Shown here one piece after another: positions 1-6,653 of a DNA stretch of 28,222 nt. The DNA is taken from positions 1-28,222 of the forward strand of contig JBGSUI010000035.1 of assembly GCA_041736175.1 (NCBI GenBank). The letters are read 5' to 3'. The stretch is from Oligoflexales bacterium (GTDB taxonomy: Bacteria; Bdellovibrionota_B; Oligoflexia; Oligoflexales; CAIYRB01). The translations under genes and the position numbers were made by a program. The stretch's first letter is position 1, and each line of letters starts with the position of its first letter. Below the pieces are notes generated by a model. The model was not told the origin of the DNA and made no database searches. It was given only the letters and a program-made list of their open reading frames with translations.

Positions 1-182
1 CTGGGGGTCAAAACAGTTTAAAATGCTTTCTGGACTCCGCGGGAATATCCCCTACTATCCGAAAGATGGGGAGACTGATTTTAGGTCCAAATCCTAGGAT
101 AGGATTTAGGCTCGTACCCCCCCTATTTGGACACCCCAATCGAGACCTTGTCCGCCGGCGATATCTGAGCTAGCATTCAGGT

Positions 183-250
183 AGCCCTCTCGTCTTGTTT
201 GTTTTGTTTTTCTCAGAAAAAAATTCTAACAAATTGAGACGAAAAGGGCT
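183..250. repeat. Imperfect inverted repeat / hairpin
   Basis: AGCCCTCTCGTCT..TTTGTT (183-200) pairs with AACAAA..AGACGAAAAGGGCT (228-250); a mismatch becomes G-U on the minus strand. Confidence 0.7.
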
Positions 251-281
251 TCATTTTTTTGGTACCTCCGCTAAATCTGTG

Positions 282-411
282 TCCCCCGTCACTAATGCCA
301 TAAAAACACCCTGCTCGGTCCCGTCCAGTCAACCGCTGTCGCGGCTTCGCTGCGCTACGGCCTGGACAGCACCTGCGCCCGGTGTTGTTTAAAGCTATAG
401 GCGACGGGGGA
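282..411. repeat. About 130-nt imperfect long hairpin, Frpo/ssi-like single-strand element candidate
   Basis: Nested pairings TCCCCCGTC/GACGGGGGA, TAAA/TTTA, AACACC/GGTGTT, GTCCAG/CTGGAC and CGCGGC/GCTGCG are read directly from the sequence. The functional label is inference. Confidence 0.7.
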
Positions 412-651
412 AGCCTGGTCGAGCTCCGTGATAAGCCTAATTTAATGGCGGTTGCAGCCAGATCTCTTCTTATGCGAAAATTTAATTTCTACTGTAAACA
501 ATCACCAAAATGAGAGGGGCATGCAACTTAAGTCTATCCTGGTATTGCTCAGGCTGCGCCGCAGGGGAGTCTATTTTCATGATCTTCTGGAGTCAAAACA
601 CCCCACAGATTCTGCTGACGAGGCTTTTTTTGTATAGGCCTGCTATTGATT

Positions 652-708
652 CAGGGACCGGGGCCGCTTGTTAGCCCCTCGGCGTGGATGACCACGCCTC
701 GGAGCCTG
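652..708. other. Compact multi-branch stem-loop directly downstream of the transposase stop
   Basis: CAGG(652-655)/CCTG(705-708) closing stem with GGGGC/GCCCC (660-678) and GGCGTGG/CCACGCC (681-698) hairpins. Confidence 0.55.
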
Positions 709-729
709 TTTATTAAAGCTCAATTTTAC

Positions 730-2211
730 CTAAGATGACTTCTTGAGCTGAGCCAATAGCGATCCCATAGTCTCAGCAATAAGACTTTGTTGACGGATAA
801 CATCGCTGTTTTTCCCGTACCAAGTACTGGCACCAGGGAAATAACGATCCGCAGGGACTTGCCTATCGCCAAGACCTTGATGAGGCCGGGAGAAGTTATA
901 GTGACCGACCCATTTTGACAGCTCTTTGCGAAAATGATCGACTGAGGCGAATTCGGTGGTCATCAGCAGTTCCTTTTCTACTTGCTGATTAAGGTTTTCC
1001 AATTTTCCATTCACATTGGGTGTAGAGGCAATCATTTGTTCTATCCCGTAGTCTTCGAGAAAACGTGTAAAGCGCGAGCTGCCACGCCATGCATGAAAGG
1101 CACTCCCCCCATCGCTCATTACACTTTCCGGTTTACCGTGAATTCTTATGGATTCCTCCATTGCTGCAATGACAACATCGACCTTTTCTCCATCGGCGAT
1201 ACCATGCCCCACAATGAAGCGAGCATAGTCGTCCTGAATAAATAGAAGAAAGCATTTGCATTTGTTTACGTACTGATGCTTGAAATCCATGTGCCAAAGG
1301 TAATTCTTGCGGGCAGCTTCATAGAGTTGTGTTCCATTGGCAATTCTGGTGGTTTTAACAAAGGGTGGTACCCACCCGTGCTGCTCCATAATCTTGCGGA
1401 TACTATTGACCCCCATCGACAAGCCAAGGTGGCGATGAATATAGTCGCGCATTTGCATAGGACCCATCCCAGGGTGCTTTTTCATAAGATCGAGGACTGG
1501 GAGGTAACGGAGTGGCGTTCGCTCTTTACGCTCGACTTCATCGTCTTGACGGCGTTTGAGGCGGGCAATGGTATCGTAGGAGACTCCAAAGTAATCATGT
1601 ACAGCTTTAGATCCGAAACGCTCGGCAAGCGCCATCATGAGTTTCTTTTCGGCAAGTGAATATTTTTTGTGGACTTTACCTTTATGACGCTCCAGAAACT
1701 GGGCGAGCTGCTTAGCTTCTTCATCGCGTCCCATGGGGGAAATCTCGGCATCCGCCGAAGCGCTCGCAGATTCAGCAAGTACTGGCATCTTGTCAGGTAA
1801 TGTTTCAGTATCAAAACCCTTAGTAAGCCAATTATTTATCGATGCCCGCGCCACACCAGTAGCGATGCTAGCGGCCCTTACCCCTGCAAGCCGCGCCAGC
1901 CTACAGACGTCGGCGCGGATATAGATGGACAAGGAATTGACCATACGTCCGTTGCTCTTGCAGGTCGCAATCCGGCCATTTAACTCTTTAATCGCTTGCG
2001 CCTGAGCCATCCATCGGGACACATCCTCAACAATAAATCCAGTGACTTTAGAAAGTTGCTCGATACCAAGCTTGGCAAACCCTTCCTCTAGAACTTCGCG
2101 CACCTCTTGATGTATTTTGATCCAATGCATATCAGATGACATGCCGATCATTTGCTTTCGCTTTGAAAGTATCTTACTTTTCAGTGCCTTAGTGGCCTCC
2201 AAGGTGATCAT
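730..2211 (-). CDS. DDE (rve-type) transposase/integrase, IS481-like, with extended multi-HTH N-terminus
   Basis: 493 aa. Motifs WHMD, QDDYAR, SDGGSAF, NGKLENLN and YNFSRPHQGL..PADRY are typical of the IS481/IS3 integrase core. AAGGAG RBS lies 7 nt upstream of the ATG. Confidence 0.9.
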   Translation of the reverse strand: MITLEATKALKSKILSKRKQMIGMSSDMHWIKIHQEVREVLEEGFAKLGIEQLSKVTGFIVEDVSRWMAQAQAIKELNGRIATCKSNGRMVNSLSIYIRADVCRLARLAGVRAASIATGVARASINNWLTKGFDTETLPDKMPVLAESASASADAEISPMGRDEEAKQLAQFLERHKGKVHKKYSLAEKKLMMALAERFGSKAVHDYFGVSYDTIARLKRRQDDEVERKERTPLRYLPVLDLMKKHPGMGPMQMRDYIHRHLGLSMGVNSIRKIMEQHGWVPPFVKTTRIANGTQLYEAARKNYLWHMDFKHQYVNKCKCFLLFIQDDYARFIVGHGIADGEKVDVVIAAMEESIRIHGKPESVMSDGGSAFHAWRGSSRFTRFLEDYGIEQMIASTPNVNGKLENLNQQVEKELLMTTEFASVDHFRKELSKWVGHYNFSRPHQGLGDRQVPADRYFPGASTWYGKNSDVIRQQSLIAETMGSLLAQLKKSS

Positions 2212-2521
2212 CGAGCGGCTCCTTTACAAGCTTGCCGCTTACCAAATTAGCCACCTTGGCTCCGCCTTAAATCTTGGATCAATGCACATGGCAACAGCCT
2301 ACCCGGTGGCATCAGCAAAAACCTCAATGGACCCTCTGAAAGAAAGTCATCGGTCTTAATGGAGGGCGCAGATCTCGGTTATCACGGCGTTTTAAAGGCG
2401 CTTACCGTCTAGATGATGGCTACGTTGAATGTTTTGGGATCGTCCAACCAAGCCAAAAGGCGGCTGGTCAATCAGAATGTGATTTGCCTTCATCGCTGCC
2501 TGGTAAGTCCACGACGCTATT

Positions 2522-2553
2522 AACGCGGTCGCAGCCAAAGACACGGCCGCGTT
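2522..2553. terminator. Hairpin immediately downstream of the integrase stop
   Basis: AACGCGGTCG...CGGCCGCGTT, 9/10 inverted repeat just past the stop codon; no clear U-tract. Confidence 0.35.
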
Positions 2554-2557
2554 TGAT

Positions 2558-3733
2558 TTAGGCTTCCTTTGACTTGATAAACAGGCTTTCCAAGGTGTCT
2601 AGACCCTCTTCCTGGATCATATGACCGGAATAATATTTCTCCGCGACCCTCGCTAAATCGCCTAGGCATTGTGCCAATAAAGTAAGACTCGCCCCCTTTT
2701 GTGCTAGGGTAACCGCATATGAATGACGAAGGTCGTGAAAACAACAATCCCGTCGCCTGTCGATTTTAGTTTGACCCCAAAATCGACCCTTTTTTTCTCG
2801 CGTTCCAAAAGTGCGCCGACATGCTGAACGAAATTTTTGGGATGGATGTCCTTTAAAACGAGCAGTTTGGCGCTCTTCCTCTGATAGGGCTATCCACTCG
2901 TTAACCCAACGCCATCCGTCTGGTAAAACATACGCTAATCGAGATTTCCGATTTTTAGTGGTACGTCGAATGCCTTCATCATCGATCTGGTGGAAAACCT
3001 TAATAGCCCTTGGACCAATATTATCCTTATTAAGTGCTGAGATTTCACCTAATCGCAATCCTGTGTACATCGCAACTCCGCACATGATTCGAAAAGGCTT
3101 CATGTCATTAGATATGTTCATGGCCACTCGTTCAAATTCATCTGGAGTCAGGTAATTAATTTCTGAATGCTCTTCTCTTTCCTTCACAAGGAGAGAGTCA
3201 CTGCGGCCAAAATATTTGAGCAAGGTATTTAATCGGTCAACGGCCCGACGCTGTAAGTTAGGTTTGAGCTTAAATGAACGATCTAAATTTTGCTGGATTT
3301 CTTGTTGTGTAGCGGCCATCAGAGAAACTTGACCGATTGCGTCAACGGCTCGTTTAAAATCCCACAGCATCGTATCTTTATCCACGGGTTTTCTTTTACT
3401 GTAAACCTTTTCCCAATACTCGGCTAGGAGTGCGTGATTTTCTTGATTGAAGACCTTGAGACCTGATTCCTTGTCTCGCTGGCGATAAAGCCGATCCCTA
3501 AGGGCACGGAACATGTCGAAGCAGGAATCCCAGTCGAAAACTTCGTTTGCGTACCCCTTATTAATGGCATCAATTTCTGGCATTTCGAGCTTAACAAAAG
3601 TCCCATCCATCTCACGACGGGTCAGGCTCCATGTCGCTCGTTTGCCTTGCCCGCCAGCCCCCGGCTTGGAGGCTGGTTTTATCGTGAAGAGTACGCGGCC
3701 TCTTTTATGTCGATCTCGCGGTATCGCAGCCAT
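2558..3733 (-). CDS. Tyrosine recombinase / phage-type integrase
   Basis: TGLRLGE (Arg I), TKNR (Lys), FHDLRHSYA (HxxR), LGD..EKYY (Tyr); adjacent to the tRNA 3' end. Start placed at ATG 3733 after AAAGGA; the ORF is open to 3838. Confidence 0.92.
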   Translation of the reverse strand: MAAIPRDRHKRGRVLFTIKPASKPGAGGQGKRATWSLTRREMDGTFVKLEMPEIDAINKGYANEVFDWDSCFDMFRALRDRLYRQRDKESGLKVFNQENHALLAEYWEKVYSKRKPVDKDTMLWDFKRAVDAIGQVSLMAATQQEIQQNLDRSFKLKPNLQRRAVDRLNTLLKYFGRSDSLLVKEREEHSEINYLTPDEFERVAMNISNDMKPFRIMCGVAMYTGLRLGEISALNKDNIGPRAIKVFHQIDDEGIRRTTKNRKSRLAYVLPDGWRWVNEWIALSEEERQTARFKGHPSQKFRSACRRTFGTREKKGRFWGQTKIDRRRDCCFHDLRHSYAVTLAQKGASLTLLAQCLGDLARVAEKYYSGHMIQEEGLDTLESLFIKSKEA

Positions 3734-3906
3734 TTTTTCCTTTCGAGTGAAGTCATGCCTTCCAAGACTGACTCCAGATCCCGATAGGCATCGCGAAGGG
3801 TAGCTTCCGGGTAAATTAGACGCAAGCTCTTTAGCCATTCAGATGCCTGTTTGGCTATCTGTATGTCTATCGGAACATCGCCATCGGTGGTTAAATTGTT
3901 AGCCAC
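3679..3906 (-). CDS. Small hypothetical protein (75 aa) overlapping the integrase start; possible directionality/regulatory factor
   Basis: GTG start between the tRNA and the integrase, helical-looking charged sequence, 55-nt overlap with the integrase. No family recognised. Confidence 0.4.
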   Translation of the reverse strand: MANNLTTDGDVPIDIQIAKQASEWLKSLRLIYPEATLRDAYRDLESVLEGMTSLERKKWLRYREIDIKEAAYSSR

Positions 3907-3932
3907 TCAAACCCCAAATAGTTAGCCACTCA
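3894..3932. repeat. Tandem direct repeat AATWGTTAGCCACTCA x2, candidate integrase arm-type sites
   Basis: 3894-3909 and 3917-3932 are 15/16 identical with a 23-bp period, located between the tRNA 3' end and the integrase. Confidence 0.65.
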
Positions 3933-3985
3933 CCCTTTTTTACCCTACTCCAATTTTGCCAATAGCCTGTAACTTATGCCAAAAT

Positions 3986-4061
3986 TGGAGGCGCCGCCCG
4001 GATTCGAACCGGGGCATCGCGGATTTGCAATCCGCTCCCTTAGCCACTTGGGTACGGCGCC
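3986..4061 (-). tRNA. tRNA-Cys (GCA)
   Basis: Reverse complement GGCGCCGTACCCAAGTGGCTAAGGGAGCGGATTGCAAATCCGCGATGCCCCGGTTCGAATCCGGGCGGCGCCTCCA gives a full cloverleaf with GCA anticodon, U73 discriminator and encoded CCA; 76 nt. Confidence 0.98.
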
Positions 4062-4079
4062 TTTTTAAGCAGGAGATGA

Positions 4080-4108
4080 AATATGGCATAGGGTCCCACC
4101 TATTGCAA
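4080..4108 (-). promoter_or_regulatory. Sigma70-like promoter for tRNA-Cys
   Basis: TTGCAA - 17 bp - CATATT with an extended -10 TG, ending 18 nt upstream of the tRNA. Confidence 0.5.
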
Positions 4109-4267
4109 GAAATTTTGGCGTCCAAAAAATCGTTAGCGCCAACAACCTCCGTTTCCAGAAGTACCCATAAAGTTGACTGGCAAAAAAAAGATCCATGGCT
4201 GGCGATCCTGCGGCGATTAGCGTACTCTTTTGAGAGACCCCCTAGATCCCAAAACTGATCCGGCACT

Positions 4268-5017
4268 ATGATCCGCCACGAGACGAGGAAAGCGATGTCG
4301 TTGCAGCGCCAAGGTCCTGGCCATGAGTCCCCCACCCAGTCTTTAAAGACAAGAGGTCTCCGCGTGGTGATGATCGGTTCAACGGGACTGGTGGGCCAGG
4401 TTTGTTTGAGTCTTTTGATCGAGACTCCCCCAGTCGAAGCCATCTTGTGCCTCGGACGATCCCCTGCACCGATCCAGTCAGCGCTGGTTTTAAACCAACT
4501 CGCACCTCCCGAGGAGTGGGAAGACCCTATCAAGCAGTTTAAGCCCACAGTGGCCCTTTGTTGTCTGGGCACCACCCGCAAAAAAGCAGGGTCTGCAGCG
4601 GAATTCCAACGGATCGACTACGGGATCCCCCTAGGGTTTGCCGCAGCCTGCCACCGGGCTGGTGTGCGGCGTTTTCACCTGGTCAGCTCAATCGGTGCTT
4701 CGCCCCGGTCTAAGAGTCTCTACCTGCGGACCAAGGGAGAGCTGGAGCGAGACTTAGGGGATCTAGGGTTTGAGGAGTTGGCGATCTATCGACCCTCTCT
4801 ACTGATCGGGCCTCGAAAAGAGCATCGTCTTGGAGAAGCTCTGGCCCAAAATCTGTCGGGTAAGCTGAGCCCCATTATAAACATCCTCCCCCTTATCAAA
4901 AACTACGCTCCCATTGCCGCCCAGTCCCTTGCTGCCTTTATCGTGCGGCAGATCAAGGTCCATCCCCCCGGACGTGGGATCAATATTTTTGAAAACCATG
5001 TATTACTTGGAGCCTAA
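4268..5017 (+). CDS. NAD(P)-binding Rossmann-fold oxidoreductase (YraR/HTATIP2-like atypical SDR)
   Basis: IGSTGLVG, CCLGTT, IDY, VSSIGA, YLRTKGELE and RPSLL motifs. The true start may be downstream of 4268. Confidence 0.9.
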   Translation: MIRHETRKAMSLQRQGPGHESPTQSLKTRGLRVVMIGSTGLVGQVCLSLLIETPPVEAILCLGRSPAPIQSALVLNQLAPPEEWEDPIKQFKPTVALCCLGTTRKKAGSAAEFQRIDYGIPLGFAAACHRAGVRRFHLVSSIGASPRSKSLYLRTKGELERDLGDLGFEELAIYRPSLLIGPRKEHRLGEALAQNLSGKLSPIINILPLIKNYAPIAAQSLAAFIVRQIKVHPPGRGINIFENHVLLGA

Positions 5018-5096
5018 ATCAATAAAAATTTTTTGTTATGATGGCTTCAATAGACTATTCTAAATAAGTTCACGATTTTTTAAAGGAGATCACTCC

Positions 5097-6653
5097 ATGG
5101 ACTCAGGCCTATCTCGCCACCAAAGACCTATTTCTAAAGGCTTAAAATGGTTCCATTTAGTCGGATTCTTTTCCCTGATCCTGATAGGGGTAAACGTCAG
5201 CTGTGGTGGCAAAAATAAAAGAGATGTACGGACTCCAAGTGCTATCGTCGCTTTTCCCGAGGGGACTAAGGTCCAGTCTAAATCAGAGACGGGTGGAATC
5301 GTCGTCGCGTCGGTGGGGCCTAATGCCACGACGACCCAGATCATAGCTGCAAGTGCCAATAGCAATATCAAAAACACCTCCATTGCTTTTCCTCCCGGCA
5401 GCCTCGCCGTGGCGACTGATATCAGTGTAGCCGAAGGCCAGCAGATCGCGGGCACCTCGATCACGACCCAGCTAGGAATCGAAAGTACCAATACGATCCT
5501 CAGCGCAGCGACTCCCGTGGAGATCGCAGCATCTTCGGCCATCGACCTCAAAGTCCCCATGGTCATCGCCCTCGAACTCCCCCCAGGCACCTCACTGGTC
5601 GCTGATCCTAGCCAACTGGAGCGGATCGGGGTGGTTTACCGTGTGAGAGTTCAAGCCACTGGGGAAAAGATTATCGGCGTGGTCCCTGCATCTGACCTCA
5701 CCATCAGTGACGGCAAAGTTCTTTACCAGTCCCTTTATTTTGGCTGGTTTCAGGTGACGACCTTTGACAAGCCCGTCCAAAAGGTGGAAAAACCAGAAAC
5801 TCTACCCCTCGATCTCGTCCTAAAAATGGTGACCACCAATGCAGCACTTCCCAGCTGTGGCAAGGCTGATCTCGGCAGAATCATCTACGTGCTAGACGAA
5901 AAGACGTTTAAGTATTGCGCTGAGCCGGGTTGGACCGCCATCGACCTCAAGGGACCAGCGGGCGCCCAGGGAGCGGTCGGCGAAAAAGGTGCTCAAGGAG
6001 AAAAAGGCAGCACAGGAGCTACTGGAGAAAGGGGAGCTACGGGAGAAAGGGGGGCCACGGGAGACACGGGAGCTGCGGGAGCTGCAGGAGCTGCGGGAAC
6101 CAACGGAACCAACGGAACCAACGGCCAAAGCCTTGTGGTTAAAAACAGCGCTGCTGCCACCCTCGGCTATGTGATTTCGACCGGTGCCACGAACAACGAC
6201 GATCCAGCACCCTGGAGTTACGGGCCTGCAAGTGTAGCCTGGGTGTCGGTGGGTACCAATAGCAGCTCGACCCACGGACTCTTCGCAGTCAATCTAGACT
6301 CCGGGAAATGGCATGCGGGCTTTTGCAACAGTTTGGTTTCTGGTAACAGCTTTGCCTGCCGTTGCCGCTTCACGACCTCTAGCTGTGATGCGACCTGCTA
6401 CCTCCAGGATAAGCCTCTTAAAAATTCTGTGTTTGCTATCGTGAGTGGAGTCTACCTGCGTGCTTCCATAGTACCTGGTTCATCACCGTCCATAATTGCC
6501 CCCTACTACCTCAATTCAGGTGGTGCTTGTATCCATAACGCAGTTTCCCCAGCTTCTATGTATGGAGTTGACAACATAAGCACAAACTCCTACCCCATAC
6601 CAATTTCATTCTCTCTAGGGGACAACGCACCTTATTATATCGACGCACCATGA
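5097..6653 (+). CDS. Collagen-like repeat lipoprotein with Cys-rich C-terminal domain
   Basis: AAAGGAG RBS, lipobox-like VNVSC, 20 consecutive Gly-X-Y triplets, Cys-rich tail. Confidence 0.85.
   Translation: MDSGLSRHQRPISKGLKWFHLVGFFSLILIGVNVSCGGKNKRDVRTPSAIVAFPEGTKVQSKSETGGIVVASVGPNATTTQIIAASANSNIKNTSIAFPPGSLAVATDISVAEGQQIAGTSITTQLGIESTNTILSAATPVEIAASSAIDLKVPMVIALELPPGTSLVADPSQLERIGVVYRVRVQATGEKIIGVVPASDLTISDGKVLYQSLYFGWFQVTTFDKPVQKVEKPETLPLDLVLKMVTTNAALPSCGKADLGRIIYVLDEKTFKYCAEPGWTAIDLKGPAGAQGAVGEKGAQGEKGSTGATGERGATGERGATGDTGAAGAAGAAGTNGTNGTNGQSLVVKNSAAATLGYVISTGATNNDDPAPWSYGPASVAWVSVGTNSSSTHGLFAVNLDSGKWHAGFCNSLVSGNSFACRCRFTTSSCDATCYLQDKPLKNSVFAIVSGVYLRASIVPGSSPSIIAPYYLNSGGACIHNAVSPASMYGVDNISTNSYPIPISFSLGDNAPYYIDAP
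5952..6131 (+). repeat. Collagen (Gly-X-Y)20 coding repeat with internal 9- and 18-bp duplications
   Basis: GPA GAQ ... (GAT GER)2 ... (GAA)3 (GTN)3 GQS. Confidence 0.9.

Larger units (their letters stand above)
426..2387 (-). mobile_element. Putative insertion sequence carrying the DDE transposase (boundaries tentative)
   Basis: 9-bp inverted repeats CCGTGATAA (426-434) / TTATCACGG (2379-2387) enclose 13/16-identical direct repeats at 442-457 and 2356-2371. No canonical TGT..ACA ends were recognised. Confidence 0.4.
1..3985. mobile_element. End of a genomic island / integrative element at tRNA-Cys, probably extending beyond the left window edge
   Basis: Tyrosine integrase directly downstream of a tRNA 3' end, plus a transposase. 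The second att copy is not in the window. Confidence 0.7.

Noticed and set aside
282..411. Long hairpin as an integron attC site
   Set aside because: It lacks RYYYAAC/GTTRRRY ends and there is no cassette array.
483..495. TAATTTCTACTGT resembles the start of the Cas12a crRNA repeat
   Set aside because: Single copy, the complementary GTAGA stem half is absent, and there is no array or cas gene.
2358..2369. ATGGAGGGCGC as a duplicated tRNA-Cys 3' end (second att site)
   Set aside because: Only a short gapped match to TTGGAGGCGCC with no T-arm sequence; insufficient.
3940..4581. 213-aa minus-strand ORF and other antisense or shadow ORFs in the track
   Set aside because: They overlap the tRNA or well-supported genes on another frame or strand and have no family motifs.
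6130..6653. Variable tip as a diversity-generating retroelement target
   Set aside because: No reverse transcriptase and no template/variable repeat pair are seen in the window.
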